From the NCBI RefSeq assembly GCF_009914755.1, contig NC_060942.1: a DNA stretch of 64,000 bases. One strand, 5' to 3'. Of the stretch, positions 40,788-55,172 are shown in pieces. Origin of the DNA: the human T2T-CHM13v2.0 reference genome, Homo sapiens. Made by a program: the position numbers and the translations under genes. Numbering within the stretch: the first letter of the stretch is position 1; every line of letters begins with the position of its first letter. A model generated the notes under the pieces. The model worked only from the letters and a program-made list of their open reading frames with translations, was not told the DNA's origin and did no database searches.

Positions 40788-42666
40788 TCTTGGGAGTTCC
40801 TAATGAAACACATTCTGTAACCTTCTACAATGCATTGCTTAATCTTTCATTTAACTGTAAGCACTGGCAGTATGCTAAACAAAATAATAGCAGAGCACCC
40901 CTTCAAGTCCAGAATCTAGTTTACCTTCCTAGGTTTTGCCAAGGGTTCCTTTCTTGATTGCCTATGAATCCCTAATCTGCTCCCTCAAGTACAAGTAGCT
41001 TCATCAGGAGGATCAGAAGGGTGTGTTGTCCTTCCATTTTAATAAGCATTTCTTCATACTTTGTGTTACTATCACATTGCCACATTCTCATGGTGCGTAG
41101 CTTCTCTGTATCTCTCTGTGTCTCTCTCTCTATCACTCCTGCTCTCCCTCTTTCTCTCTCTAAAGTACATGCATGCATGCACAAACACACATACTGTATC
41201 ATTGTCATTGCCAACTTTGGCCTATATAGCAGATAACAAAGGCATGATCAATGTGATCTTAAAATGTTAAAAGATATAAACCCCCAGAAATTTTTAGTAG
41301 CGTTGTTACCATGACTTATCCCAATAACTAATTATGGCCAGAAGCAGACATCAACAACAGCAATGGAACAGATATCTTTTTCCTCAGATGCTTGTTCACT
41401 TTCTGCCTGATAGGACTTCAATTTTATAGTGACTGAATTTTTTACTGTCTAGAAAAGATCAGGTAATATAAAGTGAAGCAAAAATTCATGAACCCTTTTC
41501 TTAAAGATGCTCTCTGATTCGCTGAAGCACTGGGAAATCTACCCACGTGTAGAAACTGGTTCTAAATAAGAATAATGTGTCTATTATCAGCTGGTCTCAA
41601 ATCCTCTGTATCTGGCCCCTGGAGAGGTAGCAGTTGACTGTAGAAAGATATTTCAGGGATATTTTTTATAATAAGAAAAGAATTCTTTAGGCCCTGCTCC
41701 CTCCAATGACCAGAAGGTCATATTATCTGGGTCTCTGCTATAAAGCTTAAAAAGGAAATCCTCACGACAATCTTGGTGATAGCATGTGATGGTCCCACCT
41801 CCTTCTAGCCCTCTACCCCCTCACCAAGAAGAATGAATACTCTGAGAGTTATACTCTTTGCTTTGGCAGAAAGCCCAGCTCACTACAGCATCCTCACAGA
41901 GTCCAAGTGTACTAAAGCGTGAAGAGCAAGAACTGTGCTGAGTGGTGGGGTCCAAGAGTTTTCATATTAAGCCTTAAATGTTTAAGAAGAAATTTAAAGG
42001 GATGTCAAGCCTTGAGTGGAATCATCACTAAATGTGGACCCACTTCTTGGTGAGTGGCTGTCAAGTAATTTTGATAATGACCTCCTAATACGTTTCTACT
42101 TGATCATATGCATGGGTGCATACACACAAAAGAATATTTGCTCCTGCTATGAGTAGGCTTCATGGTCTATCCTATTCTATTCTACTCTTCTGATGTATCC
42201 TATCCTATCTTATATTTTAATGCATCTCATTTTTGTTTTTTAAAGCTGGTGTTTAACTATTAAATGTATTGTGTTTTTCCAAGTGATTTGTAATCTGAAT
42301 TAAAAAAAAAAAAGTGAGTAGGCAAGGGTCAGTAATGCCATTACCTGGAGCATTGCTGTTTAAAGAATTAAAATTGTTCAAAAATTTTCCAATTAAAATT
42401 GACAATTGGAAAATAATGTCTATTTTCCTTCACAGAAGAACATGACAAAGGAGCTTAACTGAGAGCACACAGGCCTCTCTGGGTGCATATGTAGGTTTTT
42501 TTCCTTCCAAAACCAATTTTTAAGAATCCTTCTTTTCTTTTTTATTGTAGTACCAGGCTTTCCTCTTCCATTATTATTTTTTTCTTTCTATTTGTTTTCT
42601 CCCTCTCTGCCTTTTACCAGTAGCTCATCTGGTAACTGGAAGGGCTCCCATGCTCTCTCCTACCCC

Positions 42667-44956
42667 TGAAGTGGGGTTTGGCTGTGTCTCCACCCAAATT
42701 CTCATCTTGAATTGTATCTCCCAGAATTCCCATGTGTTGTGGAAGGACCCAGAGGGAGGTAATTGAATCAAGGTGGTTGGTCTTTCCCATGCTATTCTTG
42801 TCATAGTGAGTAAGTCTCATGAGATCGTATGAGTTTATCAGGGGTTTCCGCTCTTGCTTCTTCCTCATTTTCTCTTGTCACTACCATGTAAGAAGTGCTT
42901 CTCACCTCCCCCCATGATTCTGAGGCCTCCACAGCCATGTGGAACTGTAAGTCCAATGAAACCTCTTTTTCTTCCCAGTCTCAGGTATGTCTTTATCAGC
43001 AGCGTGAAAACAGACTAATACAGTAAATTGGTACCAGGAGTGGGGTGTTGCTGAAAAAATACCCAAAAATGTGGAAGTGACTTTGGAACTGGGTAACAGG
43101 CAGAGGTTGGAATAGTTTGGAGGGCTCAGAAGACAGGAAAATGTGGGAAAGTTTGGAACTTCCTAGAGACTTGATGAATGGCTTTGCCCAAAATGCTGAT
43201 AGCAATATGGACAATAAAGTCCAGGCTGAGGTGATCTCTGATGGAGATGAGGAACTTGTTGGGAACTGGAGCAAAGGTGACTCTTGTTATGTTTTAGCAA
43301 AGAGACTGGTGGCTTTTTGCCCCTGCCCTAGAGATTTGTGAAACTTTGAACTTGAAAATGATGATTTAGGATATCTGGTGGAAGAAATTTCTAAGGAGCA
43401 AAGCATTCGAGAGGTGACTTGGGTATTGTTAAAGGCATTCTGTTTTATAAGGGAAGCAGAGCAAAAAGTTTGGAAAATTTGCAGCCTGACTATGTGATAG
43501 AAAAGAAAAACCCATTTTCTGGGGAGAAATTCAAGCTGGCTGCAGAAATTTGCATAAGTAGCAAGGAGCCTAATGTTAATCCCCAAGATCATAGGGAAAA
43601 TGTCTCCAGACCATGTCAGAGACCTTCATGGTGGCCCCTCCCATTGCAGGCCTGGAGACCCAGGAGGAAAAAGTGGTTTTGTGGGCTGGGCCCAGGGTCC
43701 TCGTATTGTGTGCAGCCTAGGGTCTTGGTGCCCTCTGTCCCAGCTGCTCCAGCAGTGGCTGAAAGGGGCCAATGTACAGCTCGGGCTATGGCTTCAGAGG
43801 GTGGAAGACCCAAGCCTTGGCAGCTTCCATGTGGTGTTGAGCCTGCAGGTTCACAGAAGTCAAGAATTGAGGTTTGGGAACCTCTGCCTAGATTTCAGAA
43901 GATGTATAGAAATTCCTGGATGCCCAGGCAAAAGTTTGCTGTAGGAGTGGTCCTCTCATGGAGAACCTTTGCTAGGGCAGTGCAGAAGGGAAATGTGGGG
44001 TTGAAGCCCCCACACAGAGTCCCTACTGGGCTACTGCCTAGTGGGGCTGTGAGAAGAGGGCCACTGTCCTTCAGACCCCAGAATGGGAAGATCCACTGAC
44101 AGCTTGTACTTTGCGCCTGGAAAAGCCACACACACTCAACACCAGGCCATGAAAGCAGCTGGGAGGCAGGCTGTATCCTGCAAAGCCACAGGGGCAGAGC
44201 TGTCCAAGACCATGGAAACCCACCTCTTGCATCAGCATGACCTGGATGTGAGACCTGGAGGCAAAGGAGATTATTTTGGAGCTTTAAAATTTGACTGCCC
44301 TGCTGGATTTCAAACTTGCATGGGCCCTGTAATCCCTTTGTTTTGTCCAATTTCTCCCATTTGGAATGGCTGTATTTACCCAATTCCTGTGCCACCATTG
44401 TATCTAGGAAGTAACTAACTTGCTTTTGATTTTACAGGCTCATAGACAGAAGGGACTTGCCTTGTCTCAAGTGAGACTTTGGACTGTGAACTTTTGGGTT
44501 AATGCTGAAATGAGTTAAGACTTTGGGGGACTGTTGGGAAGGCGTGATTGGTTTTAAAATGTGAGGACATGAGATTTGGAGGGGCCAGGGACTAAATGAT
44601 ATGGTTTGACTGTGTCCCCATCCAAATCTCAACTCAAATTTTATCTCCCAGAATTCCCACATGTTGTGGGAGGGACCCAGGGAGAGGCAATTGAATCATG
44701 GAGGCCAGTCTTTCCTGTGCTATTCTCGTGATAGTGAATAAGTCTCACAAGATCTGATGGATTTATCAGGGGTTTCCGCTTTTGCTTCTTCCTCATTTTC
44801 TCTTGCTGCCGCCATGTAAGAAGTGCCTTTCACCTCCTGCCATGATTATGAGGCCTCCCAAGCTATGTGGAACTGTAAGTTCAATTAAACTTTTTTTTCT
44901 TTTTCTTCCCAATCTCAGGTATGTCTTTATCAGCCGTGCAAAAACAGACTAATACA
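42667..44956 (+). mobile_element. Complete THE1A-like MaLR: 5' LTR about 42667-43022, internal 43023-44596, 3' LTR 44597-44956
   Basis: Two homologous LTRs ending gactaataca, a THE1A-type segment tttatcaggggtttccgc, an internal start gtaaattggtacc and a purine tract before the 3' LTR. Confidence 0.93.
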
Positions 44957-44999
44957 CCTGGCGTGTCCTGCTGGGGCCACCTCTCTGTCTTCTAGGTCT

Positions 45000-45290
45000 G
45001 ACCTGATCCAACTTATCTTTCAGGTCTACATTTCTGTGGAAAACAGTTTCTAATTCTTCTAGGACTCAGTGACGTCTACTTCCATGTTGTCCAAACAGCA
45101 TCACTTATGGTAGTTTTCATGCCACCTCGTAATTGCTTGTGAGTTGTTTCCCTTAGTGGACTGTGGGACCATGGAGGGCAAGAACTGGGTCTTCTGCTCC
45201 ACAGTAACCCTGCAATGTGGTGCCAAGCCCAGCACCCACCAGGCCTGTGAAGAAAATTCGTTCAGTCAATGAGTGGATGAATGAATCTAT
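45000..45290 (+). mobile_element. L2 3' end
   Basis: gactgtgggaccatggagggcaagaac...tggatgaatgaat. Confidence 0.6.
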
Positions 45291-48169
45291 TGACTGGAGG
45301 GGGAAAAGGCCACTGGATGAAGGATTTCAAAGGGCAAATTTATTAAAATTAATTCCACTACACTTATCTTCTTTGGTTTAATGTGCAGGCTGGTCTCTAA
45401 AATAAGATTGTCATATTTTTCTTATCTCTGCAGAGACAGTCTTTGTAGGTTGATTCAGAACTCACTTGCCCAGAACATTCCACTATTATTGAGTCTGATT
45501 TACAGATTACGTGCATTGGTATGCATATCAGGTGCTTGAAGACACTGAGGCCTCCTGGATATGCTTATGAGATGAAAGGAAATGGGAAGAGATTATATGT
45601 ATTGAGGATTCTAGCTGCAGGCACAGTCAGGAGAACTGCATATGCCAAGGATCTGATTTGCCTTATTTCCCCCCCATGATAGCTCTGGGGGAGTGACGAG
45701 AGCAGAAAACTAACAAGAGTTAGAAGGCCTGATCTTTGCTGACACATTTGATACTCACTTGTTCTGTGGTTTTGAGCAGTTTTTTAATCTTTGACTTTCC
45801 ATGTACAAATGTTTATGAGAAGAGTCATTTAATGTGATGACATCTTTCATGAGAGTCAGCAATGCCTTCTGGATTCATTTTTATTTCTCAATCACCACTA
45901 TTTGATCATAAAACAGGAGTTATATAAATATAACAAGATAATATTTTAAAGTAAACATTAAATTTAATTACCTGCATGTTCTTAATATTAGCAGATAATT
46001 GTGGATTAAGACGTAGATGACATTTGCCTTGAGGTTAGGTCATATTCCTATTTTTAGATTACCTCAGTAAAAGGGGGGTTTCAGCTACTATAGTGTAGCA
46101 TAAAACATACTCCTTTAACTGTGGATTTGGGTGAATTGGGGTTAGACTACAAGGTAGATGAAAATCTTGCTCTGGACTGAGATTGGGCACCATTGCTGAT
46201 ATCATATGAGCCTCTGCTTTTCGTAATCAAAGTGCTGACATAATTTTTCTGAGTTATTACAGGAAATTGTTGAAAATTCTATATCTCTACCATGTTTTGT
46301 GCTTCAACTTTCCTGCTACTATTTTTTTAACAAGCAGAAATACTATGCTAACCAATGGAAACAACTAATATATCGTCCAGAAAGTAATTTAGTTACTAGA
46401 ATAAACTGTTCTTAGAATTTCTGCTGTTATTATGTAACTATTTAATAATTTTCAATCTAACATGGTTTTATGTTGGAGCTGGTCTAAATATTGTAATATT
46501 TAAAAAATTGGTAAGTAATCCACCTTTCATTTATGAGACAATCTAAAAATAGGTTTGTCTTCTTTTAAAATAATTCTGATGAAGTCACAGCCAGAAGCTA
46601 AATTTGGTAGTGGTCAAATTCATCATGTGCTGCCTAAAGGATGATACTAATCCAAAAATTAAATATCTGATGTTAAACTGTTATGGAAATATGAAGCACT
46701 TACAAAGAGTACCTTAAATAATAAAAAGTCAGAGAATGAAGTTAAAGGCTAAAGAATGAGTTTCAGCTTTCACTGGTGCCTTTGACTTGGGTTTAATAAG
46801 GCAGAAATTATTGGCCATTGGGTAAATAATATTGTAGCTACTTTTCTTTATTAAAAATCATGTCCTGTGAACATGAACTAATTACTTTACTAAATCAAGG
46901 AAATTTCTAATGTCTTAAATCCTAACATTTCACCATGCTATTCTTTGAGAATTCCATGACTTGGGAATGCATTTCAGGCCAATGAACCCAGAAAAGAACA
47001 AGTTCGACCTGTGTTACTAAATGGGTCACTGTAGAGAATTGCATTACAATACAATTGTATAGTATTTCCCAAGTTATGAAAACAGAAACTCTGCATGCCA
47101 TTTCTATGGCATGAGCTAAATTAGAGGCAGGCCCTAGAGTGAAGCTTACTCAACCTTCAGGGTAAAGAAACAAATTTTCCCAAGAGTTGAATTCTTATAA
47201 GTGATTGTTAACCTGATAGGCTTGGATGAATTTTTCTCTATCACTTACAGCCGTGGTTCCCAATATCTTGGGTAGGATTATGTGAGGGCAGTGGGATTTG
47301 GTTTGCTAAACTAAGAAGGTGTTACCACTCTACTGTTCTGTGGGCCTTAGCCCAATTACTGTGTCTGGGGATTTCAAAAACAAATTGTTTTCTGACTAAT
47401 TCATATTCAAATAAACATATGAGTGACAAAGTGGTTTGGCCCTTTCTTGAAGGAACTCAGGTTTCTGCTTATTTGAGCTCTGACTGTCCCTATCCATGTG
47501 GCTGCTGAGTGGAGAGTCAAGAGGAAACTTCTCACTCATCTCTCAGGAGGGGCTGTTCCCAAGCACCAAGGCTATTCTTAGGTAACAGGTGACTCGATGT
47601 GTTTTTAAAATCATAGAAATTAATAATTCCACTATACTCTCCAGTCAGGTATTTCTCTCGAAAAATAAACACTGAAATATACTCTTATTAAACAATTTTA
47701 ATTGGCAAAAAAAATGGACATATGAATGGAGCAGAGTGTAACTCAGAAATAGACTGTTAGAAAGTTAAAACAGCTTGTGATGCATGGGTATCACACATCT
47801 TTTGGGAAAAGAGAGCTTAAAGAAATAATAGTGGTATATTTGATTAACCACTATTATTATTATTACATGTGTGTATCATCACCTCATATCTAAAGACTAC
47901 AGAAGGCAAGAAAATAAAACAAAATCAACTACCAGAAGAGGTGAGTAATTAGGCATTGGATCACAGAGTAGGAAAGGAGTTTCTAAACATAAACCACAGA
48001 AAAAATGATATATTTTTCACTATGTAAACATATAAATTACATCTATGTTAAAATTATCAACAGAAATTTAAAAGACCATAAACAAATTGCAGAATTTGTT
48101 TATGACAAATAAAATCTTCTGAGCTCTCTGTGATTCCTTTGTTTTTTCCTTCATAGTCACCTCCCACAA

Positions 48170-50100
48170 TTGTAGATTCAACTATGTGTGAATAGCCATA
48201 AGCACCTCAAACTTAAGTCCCCAAATCTCATTCTCTGCAATATTCCACATCTTAGAAAAATGTTACAAACTCTTGTTCAATTACCAAAGCCATAAGTCCA
48301 GATGTTATCTTGTTTTTTTCATTTTCTTCCCTTTCCTTATAAAATCCGTCAGTGTAGCCTGAAGATTCTACCTCCTAAATTTATCTGGAGTACATTTTCT
48401 CCATCTCTGATGGCACTCCGTGGTCCACATCACTATTATTTCTGGCCTAGTCTGTTCAAATAACCTGTCTTTTGTTTGTTTTGTTTCCACTCTTGTCCAT
48501 CTCTGATTTGTTTTCTAGAGCAGCTAGAGTGTTATTTTTTAAAAAGTAAGATAAGAATAAGCCATCTCTTGCTTAAAATATTTCACTAGCTTCCCTTCCC
48601 ATTTAGGATAAAATTCAAATTCTTTCTGACGGCCTATAGCCTCTACACAGTCCCTGGTTTTCCTCATCCTATGCCACTCTTCTTGCTGTTCTTTATTTCT
48701 AGAATGCTCTCTCCCTTCCTCTCCTGCTCATATACTGCAGCTCCATTCTTATATTTTAGATCCTGACTTAGATTTATTTCCTTAGAAATGCCTCGATTGA
48801 CATTACAATCTAAATAAGTGATTCCCATCCTATTATTCTCTTTCTAGAAACCGATTTTTTTCCTTCATAGCACTTATTATTTATAGCGTGTGTTTAATGT
48901 ATTAGGATTAATTTGACAGGTTTCAAGCAGCTGAAAAACAGCATTTTTTCATGTAATTAGAAGTTTAGAGTTAGGTAAGGGGTTGCTGGTCTTGCCGTTA
49001 GTGGCTCAAGGCTATCAGGGCAGATGTCTCTGTAATACCTTTGTTCTTTCCTTCAGTGTCTCTGTCCCCAATCACAAGGATGCTGCTCTACCTCCTGCAG
49101 CCTACATTCCAGGGAAGAGCAGTGAAGAGCATAGGATAAAATGGGCACCTAACAACTGTGTAACTCCTCTCTTGGAAAAGTTTCCTGGAAGCCATAGACA
49201 GAAGCTTCTACTTGCATGACTATTTGTCAGAATCTAGACACATGTTCCTCCCCATCTGCAAGGGAGGAGGGAATTCTTTCGTTTGTTTTTAAACTGGGCA
49301 CAATGGCTTCTCCCGTTTCCCATTAGTTTTCTTTCAACTAAACAAAATTTAGTTTCCTTTAAAAGAAAAAGAGGGAGAATGAATCTTGGGTATTAACATT
49401 CTTGGATACAGTGTGTATGTTTGTTTACCAAATTCCTGTTTTTCCTAACTTTTAAAAGAAGAAATCATGTTTTATTTTTTCCAAAAATGTATATACCCAT
49501 GGCCTACATTTGGGTAAGCATTCAATAAATTGTTCGACAAATAAAACTTACTGAGAATCGTGGCATAGCACTTCCTGAACTTTCCAGTTCTATGTTGAGG
49601 TGGTCTAGTTTGCACTTGAAGGCTAAACTTTTGCTCATGCCCTTGGGGATCATTTTGCAGGAATGTTCTTCTGAAATTGTCTTTCTCTTTCTCCTTCACC
49701 GTCTATTATTCTTCCACTAGATGATTCCCAAAGCAAACAAGATGACTTATGATCTCCCAACTTAAAAAGATATATCTATATGCTGATTGCTACCTTCCCA
49801 ACCCAGCCCTGACTTCTTTCCTGAACTGGATAAAACTATCTGTCTGACATTACCATCTAAAGGCTGCTCAAACCATTATCAAAACAACTTTCAATTCCCT
49901 CTAGTCATCTGCATTTTGGTAAAAAGCAAGGCAACTAGTTACATAAACCAAAGAAACTTGAAGTGATTCTTTTTTCTACTTCTTTCATTACCTTCCACAT
50001 CCAATCAGCAAGTTCTGCTAAATACACTTTCAACTTTGCATAAATCCATTACTTTTCTCCATCTCCACTGCTACATCTCTGTTCACAGCATGGTTAGCCT
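48170..50100 (+). mobile_element. Fragmented L2, with a probable old MLT1 LTR at about 48900-49300
   Basis: gcacctcaaacttaa, ttctacctcctaaat, aggataaaattcaaattc and ttctccatctccactgc L2 motifs. Confidence 0.6.
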
Positions 50101-50109
50101 TCTCCTGTC

Positions 50110-53100
50110 CTATGTTGAGTAAGAGTAGAGGCTGTCATTCCAGGCCACTCTTGCTGGATAACCATGGACCTACACAGGTCCAGTTGGGGACTGTGATGTG
50201 AAAGAATAGAGGCAATGGAGAGAAAAAAAAATATGCAGAGATTTCTCACACATTCGCCGAACTTTTTAGAGCTCTCTTTTCTGCTACTCAAGCCAGCACC
50301 AGAGGGCTTCTCCTGGATTTCACTCTGTCTGCTTCACAATACTCAATTCAGAGTTCTGGGGTGGGCTAAGTTAAATAAATAAATGTATTTATTCAGGATG
50401 GGAATAATAGAGGGGAAAAAAGTTAAGCTCACCATTGTCTTGATTGTATTTAGAATTCTGTTCTTCCCAGATCAATCTGTTGATATTTGCTTTTTAGAGT
50501 TTTCAAATATCCATCTACACATTCTGTCCAGGTCTTATAGTTGAGTCTGTGGGAAATAAAAGAAAGACTGTGTTTCCTCCCTCGCCTTTTCCTTGGAGTG
50601 TTAATAGATTATACTAACATGCTTTCTAATATTGAACCAGCCTTGCATTACTAACATAAATCCTTCTTGGTTGTGATGTATTATAATTTTTATATATTGC
50701 TGGTTTGATTTACTAATATTTTATTCTGGATTTTCCAGCTCATAAATGAGCTGGAAACTGTTATTTCTCATTTTCTGGAAAAGATTGTGTAATATTGGTG
50801 TTATCTCTTCTCTGAATATTTGGTAGAATTCTCTAAGAAGACCATCTGGGACTTGAGATTTCTATTTTTGGAGTTTAAAACTACACATTTAATTTTGATA
50901 GGTATAGAACTATTCAGGTGATTTGTTTAATATGGGGTGAGTTTTGGTAGTTTGAGATTTTCCACAGCTTTGGTCTAGCTTTTCTAAGTTGTTAAATTTA
51001 TGTGCTTAAAGTTATTCCTAGTGTTTTTAAAAAAATTCTTTTAATATCTGTGAGGTCTGTGAAGTCTGAAGGTCTCTTCCCTTCCTGATATTGAGAATTT
51101 ATATGTTCTCTTTCTTTTTAGTGACAGTCTCGTTAGGGGTTAAATCTTATTGATTAATTTAGGAAATTATCTTTTGGATTAATTGATTTTCTGTATTGTT
51201 TTTATTGATTACTGCTCTTTTCTTTATGATTTTCTTGTTTCTGTTTGTTTTTGGTTTATTTTGCTCTTGTCCTAGTTTCTTTAAGTGAAAGTATAGATTA
51301 TTGGTTTGAGACTGTTCTTCATTTTTTTTTATTCTGTAGATCATTCTACCCTTTTTTTCTTGCTTATCTATAACCTTCTGCTCCAATAGTGAGAAAATTT
51401 GACTCGCACCATCTTTCATCCATTTATTTCATCACTCCATTCCACTATACATGTATAATGATATCAGAATTATTTACCTATACTCCTGTGAGAAACACCT
51501 TTATTACTGGACCACAGTGCTTATGTGCAGTTTCTTTTGCCTTTAGTCTTACAAACTCCACTCATTTCCAAAGTCACTTAGGTTCATGCCTTTTCCCTTT
51601 CAGTGAGTTTGTTTCATACATTTGTGATACAATTAGATATTTTTGTTACATTTTGCATGTCTTTCTTCCTATTAAGGTTTTGAAAAGTCAGCTTTATTGA
51701 ACTACAATTATGCATAATAAATTGCATCAATTTAAAATGTAATTCAATGAGCTCTGACAAATGCAAAAAAAATTGCCACACCCAGGAAACCACTGCCACC
51801 ATCAATTCATAGAATGTTTCCATCACCCCCAAAACTCCCCAAGGTCCCTTTGCCATCTGTCCTCCCTCCAGCCCTGGCCCCAGTCTACTACTAAGCTCTT
51901 TGTTACCATAAATCAGATTATGGTTTTGTTTTAGGGATTTTGAGATTCATCCACAGTTTTGAATGTATCAATAATTTGCTCTTCTAAAAAAAGGACTAGT
52001 ATTCCATTGTTTGGCTATACCACAATTTATCTTTATTTTATTTAACACCTGTTGAGGAATATTTGGTTTGTTTAAAGTTTTTAGCTATCGTGAATGAATG
52101 AAGGTACTGTAACACTTATGTACAAGCACTTTTGTGCAAATAATCTTTCTTTTTCCTTGGGTAAATAACTTGGAGTTACAACTCAATGACATAATGTTAG
52201 ATGTTTTATTGGTGTCTCACAAGCTCTTAAAGAGAGATGAACAGAAAATTTGAAATTAAATGAAAAAGAAAAATTGATTGAAAAATTTCTGTTGATCTCT
52301 CTAAAAGTTTCTTTAATTTTTCCATCATTTTCATTACTACATTTTGATTTTTATTATTGTATTTTTTATTCTAAAATTTCTATTTGCTATTACTATCTAT
52401 TTTCTATTTTCCCACTTATTATAAAAGTGTCTGAAACCACTTGTTAGAGACTTTTTAAAATAGCTGCTTTAAAATCCTTGTCAGATAATTCTAAAATCTG
52501 TCTCATCTTGGTGTTGACATCTGCTGATTGTCTTTTGCCATATGAATTGAGACTTTCCTGGTTTTTGGTTTGACAAGTATTTTGTATTATGTCCTGGACA
52601 TTTTGAGTATTATATAATGAGACTCTGGTTCCTGTTTAAATCTACTTTTTAAATAGACAGCAATGGTTTTAATGATAATTGGTGAGTTCTGGTTTTAATG
52701 GCAATTTAATTGTCAAAATCTTTGTAGTCCTACTCTCATCTGCCCTGTTTTTGCACTACCCAGCAGTCAATCTGAAACTGTATCATAATTTAGTCAACAA
52801 AGCTTTTGCTCTATTGATTCTGTTCATTTTCACAGATTAATGGAACAGTGGTGAACTCAGGACTTCATATACAAATTTAAATCATTCTTTTCTCCATCTC
52901 TCACTTCTTTATGATTGTCCTCAAACCCTCTACCTGGGAGGGGAAGGGGTGCTACACTTTTGCTAGTGTCTACTTTCTTCAGGGTGGTAGTTGACAGGAT
53001 CCCACCTCACGACTTGGTGCACACAGTGTGAGTGGAAGGGGAAGGGCTTTGTTATCTGTGTCTGCAGTCACCATCAAAGGATGGAGGCAGGACATTGCCG

Positions 53101-53900
53101 CTTCTGCTTGTGTTTGCTTAGTGTAGAGTGGGATTGTCATTATGGTTCTACCCTACAGTTTTTACAGCAACCAGGCCAGTGGGGAGGATAGAGGGTGTTG
53201 CTTCTCTTGTGGCATCTGCTTGTAGTGGGGTTATTATCATCCAAAGGATTCTTCTTCTTTCCGGACCTCTGGTTAGAGAGATTTTATCCCTGCCTCTATT
53301 AGTATTATAGCTGCAGGGTGTGGTTGGCAATAGCACCTAGGCTGGAATGTAAAGGAAAACAACAACAACAACAACAAATGTAATACTAAGTGGCCCCTCA
53401 AGTCCTGAGATTCCTGGCCAGTCTTCCTTCTTTTCTTCCCCTTTTAGAGTTTTCTCATAGTTACTCTATGGCTTTTGTCCAGAAGTTTTAGTTGTAATTA
53501 GCAGGAAAGAATATGGTGGAGTGTGCTTTTCATATCTTGACCCCAACTGGAAGCTATTGTCATTATTATTATTATTAAATTCTTGTAATTTCAGTTTCTA
53601 TTTAACTTTTACTCAGGAATTAATGACAGGATTTTTACTGTCCATGTGAAGGAACATGTGAGTTTTTCTGCTGTTGTTGATAGTAAACTCTAGTTTTATT
53701 AAATGTGATCAGAGAGTATTGTTTGTAATATTTTTCCTTTATTAAAGTTACTGATATTTTATTTGTGACTTATATGTGATGAATTTCTATGCATGAGCCA
53801 TGGGCATTTGAGATGAATGTGTTCTCTACTATTAGGGTATAGAGTTCAATAGATTCATATTTAACATAATGATTATGTTGTTTAAATCTTTTACAACCTT
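50110..53900 (-). mobile_element. Mosaic of very old antisense L1M fragments
   Basis: ttgaaccagccttgcatt, tttggtagaattct, L1 3'-end cagctttattga at about 51690, tccttgtcagataattctaaaatctg and L1M 5'-end-like blocks. Confidence 0.65.
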
Positions 53901-53927
53901 ACTTTATTTTATTTCCAGTCTGCACAT

Positions 53928-53928
53928 G

Positions 53929-53961
<33 letters not shown>

Positions 53962-53975
53962 TCACACACTCACAC
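53928..53975. repeat. (CA)n microsatellite
   Basis: Direct reading. Confidence 0.9.
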
Positions 53976-55019
53976 AGAGAGATTCCATAAAATTTTATTC
54001 ATCTTCGTTGGAACAAAGGGGGCTGATAGTCTGAGATGTTGCCAGAGTGGAAGAAAAACTGAACTTCCAAAAGATGTGCATGCAGTTTGCGTGGTGGGGT
54101 GGGGTGGGGTGGGTAGGTCACATGGCACTGGGTGCTTTAGGAATGGGGATAATGTGAACATGTACAAGAAAGTAAGAGACAAAAGGGAAAGGGAGGCATA
54201 ATTGTTGTGAGGAAACTGCATTTGAAGAGAGACGGAAGGTATTTAGTTGCTGATGTGAGTGAAAGTTCGGGGATGGGAAGAAATATTTTAAAAGAATGTA
54301 GGAAGTACTTTCGATGTTGGCATGCTTTGTGAAATCCTTAGGGAGGTCTCTTCAAGGAAGCCTAAGTGAATGAAATGGGATTTGTGTTTTCTTTGAATAT
54401 GGTTTCCTGCATAGACTGGATCCTGGTGGCTCCCAGTTTTTATTCTCAGGTTTTACTTTTATTTTATATCTTATTTATAATGATTGATAGAATTGTAAAT
54501 GAAATGACCACAATAAGATAAACTTTTAATAGTTTCCTAATCTTATTAGACTTCCCATTAGCTTATACTTATTTCATGTGTTCTTATATGTTTCACATAC
54601 ACAGAACATATTGTTTTTTTCTTAAAGACAGAATTGATACATGCTATTGCAACCTCTGCCCGTAAATTAAAGGCATCCTTCTAAGGGTTCGCACGGGTTG
54701 GAAATTTATTACTCCAAAAATAGTCAGGAAACTACTCTGAGTTGAAAGGGTTTACTTTTGTTTTTGATAAGGTTATATATGGGATTCTCTGTTTCTCATA
54801 GACCCTTATGAGAACAGATGGACTGTGATTTTTTTAAGCAGATTTTGTGGGGATATTTATGAATAAGTCAAGATAGTAGCCATATTGTCTTCTGACTTCT
54901 AAGGATAAGTTTAAAAGGATGTAGTGGGAGACAAGCCCAGAAATGATCAGGAAGGCTTCATGGTTCAAAAAGGAAAAAAAAAATCATAGGCACCCTAGGA
55001 TCTATTTCAGCTGCTTCTT

Positions 55020-55172
55020 TTTTTTTTTAACTTTTATTTTAAGTTCAGGAATACATGTGCAGGTTTGTTATACAGGTAAACTGCATGTCGGCAGGGACGT
55101 TGTATAGAGATTATTTCCTCTCTTAGGTAATAAGCGTACACTTGAGGCTGGAGGGCGGGAGAAGGGAGAGGA
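55020..55172 (-). mobile_element. Very short L1PA (about PA13-16) insertion with 5' inversion
   Basis: Poly-T and antisense 3' end run to about 55138, followed by a sense-orientation 3'UTR piece. TSD tcagctgcttctt / tcaactgcttctt. Confidence 0.8.

Noticed and set aside
43419-44418. 226-aa and overlapping ORFs
   Set aside because: These are fragments of the degenerate THE1 internal ORF, frameshifted, and the longest lacks a true ATG start.
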